This document shows, one piece after another, positions 43,292-52,630 of a stretch of 64,000 bases of DNA. The notes beneath the pieces were generated by a model. It was not told where the DNA came from, made no database searches, and saw only the letters and a program-made list of their open reading frames with translations. The stretch's first letter is position 1. Each line of letters opens with the position of its first letter. The DNA comes from a virus. The stretch covers positions 1 to 64,000 of IMG/VR virus record IMGVR_UViG_3300025030_000005; one strand, written 5' to 3'. The translations under genes were made by a program, and so were the position numbers.

Positions 43292-44250
43292 AAGATGTAA
43301 TGTTAATCGACAGCCTCAATTCGCTCTTTCAGCTACGCCATACGAAAGAGAAAGACGTTCTTTGGAAGTTTATAAGCGATCTTAGAGATCTTATGGAACA
43401 GACTCATAGTCACAAGACTGTGCTATGTTGTGATACCGGAAGCTCGGCATACCGCTTGGCAAAGTACCCAGCATACAAGTCTGATAGGAAGCTTCGCAGA
43501 GAAAATGCTACTCCACAAGAGAAAGCCGAGATGTCAGTTTTCTTTGACACTGTTTCAGAGTTTCAGAAGTTGGCACCTATGTTCGGCATAGAAGTTTCTG
43601 CCATCCCTAAAGTTGAAGCTGACGATATTCTTGCTTTTTTCACCCGTGAAATAGACATAGCAACTCATCGAATGTCTATATTAAGTAGTGATACCGACCT
43701 TTTTCAGCTCCTTCGCCCGGGGGTCCGGCAGCGCTCTTATGGACCTAAGATGAAACTTAACAAAGTTGATATTCCGCCCGAGGTGTGGGTAACTTACGAC
43801 AGGTTCTGCGAAGTGTTTGAGATGTCGCCTTTCCAGTACATGCAAGCTAAATCTATCGCAGGTGATCCTGGAGATTCTATCTATTCCCCCGAAGGAATAG
43901 GAAAAGAAACAGGGTTCAAGCTTATCCGAAAGTACGGGTCCATTGAAGAGGTTGAAAAGCACCTTGATGAATTGGACATTCCTAGATTTTCAGAAGCAGC
44001 TAAAGATAACCTTAGAAATGAATTCTGGATGGTAGATAGGAACGTAGAGCTTGTATCGCTTCTGCATACTCCTGAAAAGTATGAAGAAATATTTGGTGAG
44101 GGGCTTGCCTTATTGGAAGACATAAAAGATAGGCTGGCTGATCCTCCTAAGTTAGATGAAGAATCAATAAAAGAATGGCTTTTCTCAACTGGCAGAGTCA
44201 ATGTTTATAATGACTATGACAATTGGATCAGGCCTTTTCGTGGGAGGTAA
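43288..44250 (+). CDS. 5'-3' exonuclease / flap endonuclease (FEN, RNase H-like)
   Basis: PIN-like acidic motifs (LIDSLN, VEADDILA, ILSSDTDLFQL) and H3TH SIAGDPGDSIYSPEGIGKETGFKLIRKYGS. Confidence 0.85.
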   Translation: MKDVMLIDSLNSLFQLRHTKEKDVLWKFISDLRDLMEQTHSHKTVLCCDTGSSAYRLAKYPAYKSDRKLRRENATPQEKAEMSVFFDTVSEFQKLAPMFGIEVSAIPKVEADDILAFFTREIDIATHRMSILSSDTDLFQLLRPGVRQRSYGPKMKLNKVDIPPEVWVTYDRFCEVFEMSPFQYMQAKSIAGDPGDSIYSPEGIGKETGFKLIRKYGSIEEVEKHLDELDIPRFSEAAKDNLRNEFWMVDRNVELVSLLHTPEKYEEIFGEGLALLEDIKDRLADPPKLDEESIKEWLFSTGRVNVYNDYDNWIRPFRGR

Positions 44251-44252
44251 AA

Positions 44253-44633
44253 ATGCCTAACATTAATTTTTATAATGGTGGTTACGTGGGAGGTATAAGC
44301 GGCGGGTATGTGCGAAGTGATTGGTTTATTAGCACAGAAAAACAAGTTCCATATTTATTTATAGGCGGATATTATGATGGGGTACACTTAGTCGTTAACA
44401 CCCCTAGTTATGTTGTGTTTTATCCAGTCCCTGCTCCTATGGTTGCAGGAGCAGGTGCTATGTTTACCAGTCTTTGGATGGAACAACAAAAATATACTAG
44501 GCGCAAGTTTACCAACCCAAGCGGAAAGTCATTTACAATAATGGCTTTAGAGTCAATGCGTGGAGAAGAAGTGCTTATGGAACTTGCTAAAGGTATAGGT
44601 AAGTACAAAAATAACCCGTTGTTTGAAAAATAA
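44253..44633 (+). CDS. hypothetical protein
   Basis: ATG 44253 behind gggagg. Confidence 0.5.
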   Translation: MPNINFYNGGYVGGISGGYVRSDWFISTEKQVPYLFIGGYYDGVHLVVNTPSYVVFYPVPAPMVAGAGAMFTSLWMEQQKYTRRKFTNPSGKSFTIMALESMRGEEVLMELAKGIGKYKNNPLFEK

Positions 44634-44636
44634 TGC

Positions 44637-44665
44637 TTGACAAATCACCAAAAGTGTGATATAAT
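44637..44665 (+). promoter_or_regulatory. consensus sigma70-type promoter with about 175-nt leader
   Basis: TTGACA-17 nt-TATAAT with TGa extended -10. The next ORF starts at 44841. Confidence 0.75.
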
Positions 44666-44840
44666 GCATGTCCATTTGAATTGAAAGGGGGTGGTTATCA
44701 AACGAAATACAGCTAAGATAAATAACGTAATTAGTTTTTGGATTGGTTTGCTCACTCTAACGGCGCTGCCCTCAGTACTGATGTACTTAGGTACTCGCTA
44801 AACACACTCAAAAATTACTCAATCAAAGGAAACAAAAGAA

Positions 44841-45698
44841 ATGGCTAAAAATGTAACGAACGATCCGTATGCTGAATTGATGGCTGGCCTCTCCGACGAA
44901 GAACGCGCTATCCTTGGCAGGCTTACTGGTCAGGATAACACTGGCGGCGGCGGTTCCAAAACTCCCATCGTTAAGATCAACTACCGCGAAAAGACTGCCG
45001 CTGATGGTACTAAAGTACCTAAAGGAAACTTCTGCGTTGGCCAGAAGAACGAAGTAAAGGACGGTAAAACTGTGCTGGCAACTGCTGGTACCGATCTCGG
45101 GGAAACTCTCGAAGCAGTTATTCTTAAAGTTGGTACTCAGTATTCTGCTTGGAGTACTGACCCTAAGAAACGTTGCAGTTCGCAAGTAATTTGTGAACGC
45201 GGCGAGGTACCTGTCGGGTATAATCTTAAAAATGTATGCAACGACAAATCTTGCCCCCGTAGGAAAGAAGGTGTCGAAAAAGAAGATAAATGCGTTAACC
45301 AGCACGTAGTATACCTTAGGCTTCCTGCCGGAGTTAAGCTGCCTGATGGTACTGACTGCCCCGTAGCTATGTTCTACGTTAAAGGTACGTCGTATAAACC
45401 TTTCCAGGAATACATGGAAAGTCTTAAGGGCATTCCATCCATCGCCCTCACTACCAAATTCAAAACTACTGAGGAAGAGTCTGGCAGCACCCTCTTCTAC
45501 GTCCTTGGTTTTGAAAAAGGTCAGGCAGTTCCGGCAGCAATTTTCAAAGAGAACTTTGCTATGGTAACTGGTATCAACAACCAGCTTGTCGAGTATAAGC
45601 AGAGTCAGGCTACTAAGATGCTGGAGGATAAATCTTCAGGTTCCGGATCTTCGGAGGGTGGCGTAAAAGTCATCAACGATGATCAGATTACTTGGTAG
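44841..45698 (+). CDS. putative ssDNA-binding protein
   Basis: Positional only: own strong promoter in the replication module. Cys cluster (CSSQVIC..CNDKSC..C), Gly/Ser linker and an acidic-aromatic C-terminus NDDQITW as in SSB tails. Confidence 0.35.
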   Translation: MAKNVTNDPYAELMAGLSDEERAILGRLTGQDNTGGGGSKTPIVKINYREKTAADGTKVPKGNFCVGQKNEVKDGKTVLATAGTDLGETLEAVILKVGTQYSAWSTDPKKRCSSQVICERGEVPVGYNLKNVCNDKSCPRRKEGVEKEDKCVNQHVVYLRLPAGVKLPDGTDCPVAMFYVKGTSYKPFQEYMESLKGIPSIALTTKFKTTEEESGSTLFYVLGFEKGQAVPAAIFKENFAMVTGINNQLVEYKQSQATKMLEDKSSGSGSSEGGVKVINDDQITW

Positions 45699-45706
45699 TC
45701 TACTAA

Positions 45707-45730
45707 AGGAGGGAGCGCAAGCTCCCTCCT
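45707..45730 (+). terminator. GC-rich stem-loop with GCAA tetraloop (terminator or stabiliser)
   Basis: AGGAGGGAGC-GCAA-GCTCCCTCCT. No T-tract follows. Confidence 0.4.
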
Positions 45731-45748
45731 AAATAAAGGAGATCAAAA

Positions 45749-46075
45749 ATGTTCTTTTTCAGTAAAAAAGCAGATAAACATTTTAGCGAGGCTACCGCAG
45801 GAATTGAAAAATACATATCTATGTATAAACAGGCAGTAGAGGCAGCTAAAGTAGAACTTCAGAACATCGAAGTTAAAGTGGCAGAAAAGATTAACCTCTA
45901 TGACTCTAAGATCGAAGCAGCCTACTCCAAGTACATGGCTAAGGAAGCTAAGTACGGCGAGAAGTCCGCCAGACTGATGAGCACTTCCGAGGCTCGGAAG
46001 TCTGAGCTTGAGTCTATTGCAGAATTGGCACAGAGGGCTGTGGATAATCACAACCGAATTTATCTTGGGAAATAA
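45749..46075 (+). CDS. hypothetical coiled-coil protein
   Basis: SD aaaggag. Contains a perfect stem-loop copy at 45983-46001. Confidence 0.55.
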   Translation: MFFFSKKADKHFSEATAGIEKYISMYKQAVEAAKVELQNIEVKVAEKINLYDSKIEAAYSKYMAKEAKYGEKSARLMSTSEARKSELESIAELAQRAVDNHNRIYLGK

Positions 46076-46080
46076 TCAGT

Positions 46081-47049
46081 ATGGTGAAAGTGATAGCTAC
46101 AGCAGACTGTCACATCAAGATGGTTCCTGGAGTATCTAAAAGATGGCAGATAGCTAGATACGAAAGATTCATTTCTGATCTAGTTGATAAGTGTGTTAAA
46201 AGTAACTCCATCTTAGTTATAGCGGGGGATTTGCTGGATTCCGTGTCGGCTAAAAAGGAGGAACTTCAGTTAGTACTGAAACTTCTGCACAGCTTGTATG
46301 CTCACAATGTTACTACGCTAATGGTATCTGGAAACCATTCTACAATAAAAACTGGAGAGAGTTTTTTAGACTACCTAGAGCTTAACAGGTTCCCTAACAT
46401 AGTTTATAGAAATAACTTTGAAATCGAAAATGTTAAGTTCCACTTGGTAAACCACGACTCCATACACGGCTATGTTCCTGATCTAGGAAATGGGCTCAAT
46501 ATATTAATCTCTCATTTCAGATGCAATTTCAACAAATTTGTTACTGAAGAAATTGATGTAGAAAAGTTTACAGGCCCCTTTGATTTTTGTATTGCAGGAG
46601 ATATCCATGCGCCCTTCGAGATAGGTAATGTAGTTTATACTGATAAACCTATCAACAAGGAATTTGATTCCAACCCTAGCTGCGGGTATCTTGAAATTAC
46701 TATAGACAAAGACGTAACCTATAAGCGGGTACCAACCTATTATCCAAGTTTGGTCGGTAAGAAGGTAAAGGCGCATGAATTTAATAACCTAGTATTTCAA
46801 CCCGAACATTATTACAGAGTAGAAGTAGAAGGTTCACCCGCAGAACTCAAATCAATTCAGCCACCTAGCAATAATGTTATCCTTTCTAAAGTCCCAGTAG
46901 TACAGTCTGCCATAGCTTCTGTTGAAGAAGTAGAGAAGATAACCGAGGATGCTTACTCTGATGACGGGCTTATAGGATACATGAAATCTTTGAATTATGA
47001 AGATGATCTTATAGCTAATATGATGAGTGAACTTAGGAGGGATGTATGA
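46081..47049 (+). CDS. Mre11/SbcD-like nuclease
   Basis: Phosphoesterase motifs ATADCH, AGDLLD, SGNHS, SHF, GDIHAP. Confidence 0.8.
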   Translation: MVKVIATADCHIKMVPGVSKRWQIARYERFISDLVDKCVKSNSILVIAGDLLDSVSAKKEELQLVLKLLHSLYAHNVTTLMVSGNHSTIKTGESFLDYLELNRFPNIVYRNNFEIENVKFHLVNHDSIHGYVPDLGNGLNILISHFRCNFNKFVTEEIDVEKFTGPFDFCIAGDIHAPFEIGNVVYTDKPINKEFDSNPSCGYLEITIDKDVTYKRVPTYYPSLVGKKVKAHEFNNLVFQPEHYYRVEVEGSPAELKSIQPPSNNVILSKVPVVQSAIASVEEVEKITEDAYSDDGLIGYMKSLNYEDDLIANMMSELRRDV

Positions 47050-47243
47050 AAGATGTATGCGGAAGAGAATTGAAAGAAGGAGACAAAGTAGTAAGTAACC
47101 TCGGGGGCGGATATACCTACGCTCTGGCAGTTTGCACTGTGGTTGGTTTTACTCCAAAGAAGATCAGACTAAAACTCCTTAATAAATGCTCTGAGGAAGA
47201 TTCATTTTTAAGGGAGCCCTCTCAAGTGGCCGTGGTAAATTAA
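47046..47243 (+). CDS. hypothetical small protein
   Basis: ATGA overlap. Confidence 0.45.
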   Translation: MKDVCGRELKEGDKVVSNLGGGYTYALAVCTVVGFTPKKIRLKLLNKCSEEDSFLREPSQVAVVN

Positions 47244-47247
47244 TATT

Positions 47248-49122
47248 ATGAAAGTTAAATTCCAAAGCATAGCCGTAGATGACTGCTTTGCCTATCAGCA
47301 TCTTCACTTCGACTTCACCACAGGTGTCCACAGCATCAACGGTATAAACGGTGCAAGCAAGACAAGTATTTATCTAGCTCTAGCGCAAGGGCTATTTAAC
47401 AAAAATCCGAAGGGTGTAAAAATTGAGGATGTTTCAAACATCATTACAAAACAACCCTACAGGATTACTATACGGTTTACCAAGGGAAACGATAGCTACG
47501 TAGTGGTCAACTCCAGAAAAACTGGAACTATCACCGTAGAACGAAATGGGATGTCTCTTACCAAGAAGACAATACCAATGAACTTGGAGCTTATACGAGA
47601 GGTGCTTGAAGATACCTATGAATCGTTTATCGCAATGACCTATCAGTCTACTGAGTCCACCCTTGACTTAGTAGAAGAAGCTTCTGATACAGCCAGAAAA
47701 GGATTCATTAACCGTATACTTAAGTTTGACGAGTTAGATGAGCTTCTCACAGAAAGTAAGGACAAGCTAAAGCAACTCAAACTTCTAGCCAAGACCAAGA
47801 CCGCTCAGTTAGATTCACTTAGTAATAATTTGCTTCCTATTAGAGAGGTGGGTGAGCTGATTGATTTAACTGAGCTAGAGCTAGAAATAACTAGGCTAGA
47901 AGAAGAAAAGAAACAACACGAGCTTAAACTAGTTGAACTGGAAAAAGAACATAGGATTGCTACTAATAAAGCCTACGCCTACGTAGAATATACTGTTAAA
48001 CTAGAGAAGTATGAAAAGCTTAAGAAGTTGATAGAGGGAATAAAGCTTCCTAGTGAATCAGCAGAAAGCCTTAAAGACAAGCTTTCTGTGTTAGACGCAA
48101 GTTCAGCCGAGCACAAGGTTGTGGTTAAAAATGCTAAATCTAAGCTAAACTCCCTCAAAGAGCCTGAAACAGTATGCTCTAGGTGTGGACATTCTGTGGG
48201 AGCAGACGATGCTTTAGCTATCTATAAGGCAGACTTAAAGGAAGCTACTGGCTCAATAGAAGAAAGCACTAAACGAATTAAAGAACTCGATGGAGAAATT
48301 TGGTACATATCTGAGTTACTAGATGACTGGCATAAGTATAACAAGTTCACACAAGAGCTATTTCAAATAGATTTGTCAAACCCTCCGGAGAAATTTACTC
48401 CAATGGAAGCAGATGCTATAAAGGATAAATTAGACTTAGAGAAACTTAGGTCTAGGGACCTAGCGGCTGCTGACGTGGCAAAAACTAAAGCCCTTGCTGA
48501 AGCTAAAGGCAAGAACGATCTAGTCGGTATGGTGGTAAAGTTTAATAAAGAAGCCTCGGGTAATAACCGTAGAGTAACTTTACAAATGGATCAGCTCCGT
48601 AAAGAGCTGGAAGATATCGACAGGCGCATGTCTCTGGTGGACAACTGGATTCGGATTCTCGGAAGTAATGGCTACCGAGTACATAAAATGAACAAGTTCC
48701 TCCAAGTCCTCAACATGCTGATGTTGAAGTATTCCAACATCATATCTGGTGGCAAGATTAGGTGCTCCTTCTATGTTACTGACGAAGGTAAGATAGAGCT
48801 GAATGTAGTGGACGCGGATAAGTCGGTGCCATTCTCTAGTTGGAGCGCCGGGGAGAAGTCTAGAGTAAAACTAGCATGTCTTTTTGCAGTGCTAGAGGTG
48901 TTGGAGCTTATGGGTAGCGCAAGTTACAATGTGCTGTTTTTGGATGAGGTATTTGCTACGTTGGATGAAGGGGGGCGTGAAGGTTTATTTGAAGTGTTAG
49001 CTCATCTTAAGTCTACTGGAAAGTGCATTTACACCGTAAGCCATACCCCGATAGTAAATAACGTGGTGTTTGATTCAGCCATTCAGCTAGTGAAAGAGAA
49101 TGGGCTATCTAAGATAGTATAG
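47248..49122 (+). CDS. Rad50/SbcC-like ATPase
   Basis: Walker A GINGASKTS, long coiled coil with CSRCGH zinc hook, signature SAGEKSRV, Walker B LFLDEVF. Confidence 0.85.
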   Translation: MKVKFQSIAVDDCFAYQHLHFDFTTGVHSINGINGASKTSIYLALAQGLFNKNPKGVKIEDVSNIITKQPYRITIRFTKGNDSYVVVNSRKTGTITVERNGMSLTKKTIPMNLELIREVLEDTYESFIAMTYQSTESTLDLVEEASDTARKGFINRILKFDELDELLTESKDKLKQLKLLAKTKTAQLDSLSNNLLPIREVGELIDLTELELEITRLEEEKKQHELKLVELEKEHRIATNKAYAYVEYTVKLEKYEKLKKLIEGIKLPSESAESLKDKLSVLDASSAEHKVVVKNAKSKLNSLKEPETVCSRCGHSVGADDALAIYKADLKEATGSIEESTKRIKELDGEIWYISELLDDWHKYNKFTQELFQIDLSNPPEKFTPMEADAIKDKLDLEKLRSRDLAAADVAKTKALAEAKGKNDLVGMVVKFNKEASGNNRRVTLQMDQLRKELEDIDRRMSLVDNWIRILGSNGYRVHKMNKFLQVLNMLMLKYSNIISGGKIRCSFYVTDEGKIELNVVDADKSVPFSSWSAGEKSRVKLACLFAVLEVLELMGSASYNVLFLDEVFATLDEGGREGLFEVLAHLKSTGKCIYTVSHTPIVNNVVFDSAIQLVKENGLSKIV

Positions 49123-49130
49123 GAGGTACT

Positions 49131-49292
49131 ATGGGTAAAAAACTAGTAGGCTGGACCTTTATAATTATATTTTTAACAGTTGTAGCTGCGTTAATCACGC
49201 TAGTAGATGGTTGGGGCATAGTTGCCGTCTTAGCGTTTATGATTGGCATGGCTGCTATGTTGATAGCAGGGGTATCGCTAGTAACGTCATAG
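49131..49292 (+). CDS. small membrane protein (53 aa)
   Basis: SD aggagg 5 nt upstream. Two TM helices. Confidence 0.5.
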   Translation: MGKKLVGWTFIIIFLTVVAALITLVDGWGIVAVLAFMIGMAAMLIAGVSLVTS

Positions 49293-49299
49293 GAGATTT

Positions 49300-50814
49300 A
49301 TGCGAAAGGTAACCGAAAAAGCTGTGCTAGAAACGATAGAGTTTACTGATCGCGTTAAATCTATCAAATATGTACCAGCCCGCAAGAAAGAGTTTGTAGA
49401 ATTACTAGCAACATTAAGTGAAGAATCGAAGTGGCTGTTAACTTTTAGTTGCTGGCATTGTTTGTTCAACACTAAGTTCAGGGCCGTTGAGGAAGATAGA
49501 TTCGTACCAGTTAAACCTACAGAAGAGAATCAAGTAACATTCAGCGACTTCTTGGTGTACCTAAAAAGGCATGAGGATTTAAATATAACTCAATCTAGAG
49601 AATTGCCCACTATGCGATTGTTAGCTAAATGCGACAGTGCCCATAGAAGTTTTTATAAATCTTTAATAACCAAAAGCTTTATAAATCTGCTGCCTATAAT
49701 AGAAGTACAGGAGTACCTTGATCTTGACAGTGTAACAAAGGAACAGGTGTACGGAGAACTAGAATATCTTAAGACAGGCATAGGAGATTTATCTTATCCT
49801 ATTTCTGTCAGGCTCACTCCAGAGGATGATGTTAGACCCTGCATAGTTATTAAAGAAGCTTCGTATTCGTCGCTGTTGACTGTAGGCCTAGATGCCAAAT
49901 CTATAACTAAACCTGACTGGCTAGTGAGAGACATTAAACTAGCTAACACTCCGATGTTTGCTATAGGCGGGTTCATATCAGCTACTACATTTTATCCAAC
50001 TGACTACTTCAGGAACAGTGAAGAGTTAGGAGAGTATTTTGAAAACAGCGATATGACCCATAGGTATGAAGATAGGGCAGATCTCCTAAACTTATTCATA
50101 CGTCAAAATTTAGGCATAAGTACGTGGGCTGCTAAGTGCAAGGCGATAGTTTCAGAAGAATATTTAATGCCAACTATCGAAGCTGCTTTGATAGAAGGAG
50201 AACCTTCGGATTATCTTTTAGTCACGGACTCTAATACCACAAGAACTGGAAATGCTTATAGGATTCCTTGCAAGTTGACTAAAGGTATCATTGAAGACCT
50301 ATGGGTTGAAGATGAGCAAGCTAAGGGATTCTTAGTATCATTCAATGGATCACTCATTAAATGTAGTTACAAGTTTGTAGGTAAAGAACAGAGCATACTG
50401 TCTACTAAAGAAGTCGCGGTAGGTGCTGTCATCTCTTTCTACGTAGTAGAGTTCAATGGTACACATTTCATAGGAAACTCAATTCTTTGGAAGCACCCTA
50501 GATGGAAACCTAAAAGGCTGCAAGGCAAAGAACAGTGGGTAGAAAAGTGTGTATTGTGTGGAAGTACCAGAGTAAGACATTCATGCGCTGGAATGTGTGC
50601 TAGCTGCGAGACTAATCTGCCATATTATCTAAAGAGATATGGTGTAGGAGTTTGGATTAAACCTAGCGCACAGATGATTACAAAGAGAAAAGAAAATTGC
50701 TGGAGTAGTGATCTGCTAAATTCAGTAGAATTCAAATTTAAAGGCATGTCCGTGGTAGCGGACGAAGAAGGTAGGTGGAAGTTTGAGAGGGCAAGTGAAA
50801 GTGGAACAGGTTAA
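49300..50814 (+). CDS. hypothetical protein (504 aa) with C-terminal zinc ribbon
   Basis: CVLCGS...CAGMCASC. No recognisable catalytic motif. Confidence 0.65.
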   Translation: MRKVTEKAVLETIEFTDRVKSIKYVPARKKEFVELLATLSEESKWLLTFSCWHCLFNTKFRAVEEDRFVPVKPTEENQVTFSDFLVYLKRHEDLNITQSRELPTMRLLAKCDSAHRSFYKSLITKSFINLLPIIEVQEYLDLDSVTKEQVYGELEYLKTGIGDLSYPISVRLTPEDDVRPCIVIKEASYSSLLTVGLDAKSITKPDWLVRDIKLANTPMFAIGGFISATTFYPTDYFRNSEELGEYFENSDMTHRYEDRADLLNLFIRQNLGISTWAAKCKAIVSEEYLMPTIEAALIEGEPSDYLLVTDSNTTRTGNAYRIPCKLTKGIIEDLWVEDEQAKGFLVSFNGSLIKCSYKFVGKEQSILSTKEVAVGAVISFYVVEFNGTHFIGNSILWKHPRWKPKRLQGKEQWVEKCVLCGSTRVRHSCAGMCASCETNLPYYLKRYGVGVWIKPSAQMITKRKENCWSSDLLNSVEFKFKGMSVVADEEGRWKFERASESGTG

Positions 50815-51025
50815 CCACCCTGCTCATTATGGGTCAGGTCCTGACGACCCGTACGAAGCAATAAAGGTCATAGAACATTGGAACCTTGGGTTTTGCCTTG
50901 GTAACACAGTTAAGTACATCTCTAGAGCAGGAAAGAAGAATGCAGATAGGTTGCTAGAAGATCTGGAAAAAGCATTGTGGTATCTCTCTAGGGAAATAGA
51001 GAACATCAAGAAAAAGGGGTACTAA
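50783..51025 (+). CDS. DUF3310-like protein
   Basis: NHPAHYG...EAIKVIEHW...GNTVKYISRAGKK...LEKALWYL. The start may instead be GTG 50795. Confidence 0.65.
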   Translation: MRGQVKVEQVNHPAHYGSGPDDPYEAIKVIEHWNLGFCLGNTVKYISRAGKKNADRLLEDLEKALWYLSREIENIKKKGY

Positions 51026-51313
51026 ATGACTCATGAACTAAAGACAGATCCTGAGGTATTCCAGGCTGTGTGGGACGACCTTAAGACTTACGAACTACGA
51101 AAGAATGACCGTAACTTTGAGGTGGGGCAGCTACTTAAGCTTAAAGAAACTAAATCGACGGGGGCAGAAATGAAAGAAGGCGCTCCTCTCGTGTACACTG
51201 GGCGCACAGTCACTGCAGAAGTAACTCATGTGCTCAATGGTCCAATCTACGGGCTTGCTGAGGGGTGGTGTATTCTGTCTATGTACACTAAGTATTTTAG
51301 AGAGAACGATTAA
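51026..51313 (+). CDS. ASCH/DUF3850-like (PUA-fold) protein
   Basis: HELKTDPEVFQAVWDDLKTYELRKNDRNFEVGQLLKLKE. Confidence 0.65.
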   Translation: MTHELKTDPEVFQAVWDDLKTYELRKNDRNFEVGQLLKLKETKSTGAEMKEGAPLVYTGRTVTAEVTHVLNGPIYGLAEGWCILSMYTKYFREND

Positions 51314-51846
51314 TGTTCATCGGTATAGATCAAAGCAAGAGAAGTACCGCATTAGTTTGTATAAACGATGAAGGTGCGCTGAAGAACTTCCTAGTGATAG
51401 CCGCTCCTATGTCAGTAGATAACGAAGAAATGCTAGAGTGGCAGTGGAACGAAATAAGGTTTTTCGTAAGATATTGTGAAACTACATTCGGCGATATAAA
51501 GGGCATAGCCATCGAAGGGCTTAGTTTCAATTCTTCAAGTTCAGGTAAAGACTTACTCGCAGGATTATTCTGGTACATAAGGACTATGCTGTACCTGCAA
51601 GGATACCGAGTAGGCGTAATACCAGTACTGGCATGGCGCTCTAAGGTAATAGCTAAAGACGAGCGCAAAGCAATATCCGCGCTGAAGCATAAAGATGGAA
51701 TAAAGAAAGCCACAGTAGCTAAGCTGCCGTTTGAAGTTAAGGCACAGTTTGAGACTTACATACGAGATCACAAACTTAAGCAGCAGGCTATCTACGATTT
51801 ATGCGACGCGTACTTCATCGCGCAGTATAGAAGGTCAATTGAGTAA
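51313..51846 (+). CDS. RuvC-like Holliday junction resolvase
   Basis: FIGIDQS (catalytic Asp), IAIEGLSF (Glu), C-terminal DLCDAYFIA. Confidence 0.6.
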   Translation: MFIGIDQSKRSTALVCINDEGALKNFLVIAAPMSVDNEEMLEWQWNEIRFFVRYCETTFGDIKGIAIEGLSFNSSSSGKDLLAGLFWYIRTMLYLQGYRVGVIPVLAWRSKVIAKDERKAISALKHKDGIKKATVAKLPFEVKAQFETYIRDHKLKQQAIYDLCDAYFIAQYRRSIE

Positions 51847-51864
51847 CTTCCGATTGTCGGAAGT
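51846..51864. repeat. conserved stem-loop element (ACTTCCGA-TTG-TCGGAAGT)
   Basis: Perfect 8-bp stem between stop TAA and SD aaggagg. Confidence 0.85.
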
Positions 51865-51878
51865 AAGGAGGTTTTTAA

Positions 51879-52442
51879 CTGAAAGTATTAATAGCATGCG
51901 AGTATTCTGGGCGCGTGCGTGACCAGTTCATTGCTAAAGGGCATGAAGCAATGAGCTGTGACATACTTCCTTCAGAAACACCTGGGCCACATTACCAAGG
52001 AGACGTAAGAGATATTCTACATCAAGATTGGGATATGATTATAGCATTTCCTCCTTGCACACATCTTGCAGTTAGCGGAGCAAAGCACTTCGCCCAGAAA
52101 CGAGCCGATGGTAGGCAGCAGGAAGGTATAGATTTCTTTATGATGTTTGCTAATCATCCTTGCCCAAAGATAGCTATTGAGAATCCTATAGGAATAATGA
52201 GTTCTGGATGGAGAAAGCCTGACCAAATCATTCAACCTTGGATGTTTGGAGATTCATATAGCAAGAGCACTTGCCTGTGGCTGAAAGGATTACCTAAGCT
52301 AGAGCCTACTAACATAGTAGACAAGGGTGAATTTGTAATACACGGCGGCAAGCGTATTGCTAAATGGTATAGCAACAGAGAGATAGATAGAAGTAAAACG
52401 TTCCCCGGGGTTTCAGAGGCAATGGCCTCTCAATGGGGTTAA
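51879..52442 (+). CDS. short C5-cytosine-methyltransferase-like protein, apparent CTG start
   Basis: (L)KVLIACEYSGRVRDQF...IIAFPPCTHLAVSG (PC motif)...IENP...TCLWLKGLP. The conserved N-terminus precedes ORF-track GTG 51915. CTG 51879 is the first codon after an in-frame stop and lies 7 nt after SD aggagg. Confidence 0.55.
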   Translation: MKVLIACEYSGRVRDQFIAKGHEAMSCDILPSETPGPHYQGDVRDILHQDWDMIIAFPPCTHLAVSGAKHFAQKRADGRQQEGIDFFMMFANHPCPKIAIENPIGIMSSGWRKPDQIIQPWMFGDSYSKSTCLWLKGLPKLEPTNIVDKGEFVIHGGKRIAKWYSNREIDRSKTFPGVSEAMASQWG

Positions 52443-52453
52443 TAGGAGTTTAA

Positions 52454-52630
52454 ATGCTGTTATACAAACCTTTAGATATTGGTATAATTAAAAAGATGAA
52501 GGAAGAAGAGTTGTTTGACCTACTCAATGAGGTAGAAACCGCCATACAGGATTTTAAGTCTAAACAACAGCAGCTTAATGAATACCTTGCCCAGTTAAAC
52601 TATGAATTGATTCGCAGGGGAGTTCTGTAG
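52454..52630 (+). CDS. small coiled-coil protein (58 aa)
   Basis: SD taggag. Its stop overlaps the next GTG start. Confidence 0.4.
   Translation: MLLYKPLDIGIIKKMKEEELFDLLNEVETAIQDFKSKQQQLNEYLAQLNYELIRRGVL

Noticed and set aside
44691-44801. 36-codon GTG ORF with a hydrophobic segment in the long leader of the SSB-candidate gene.
   Set aside because: The G-rich SD-like run abuts the GTG with no spacing, and there is no alternative start. Its possible role as a leader peptide is unsupported.
44666-44840. Search for tRNA, tmRNA or other canonical RNA genes in the larger non-coding gaps (also 14318-14444 and 59914-60157).
   Set aside because: By eye there is no GTTCGAATC-type T-arm and no cloverleaf-compatible arm arrangement. 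This cannot be excluded without tRNAscan or Infernal.
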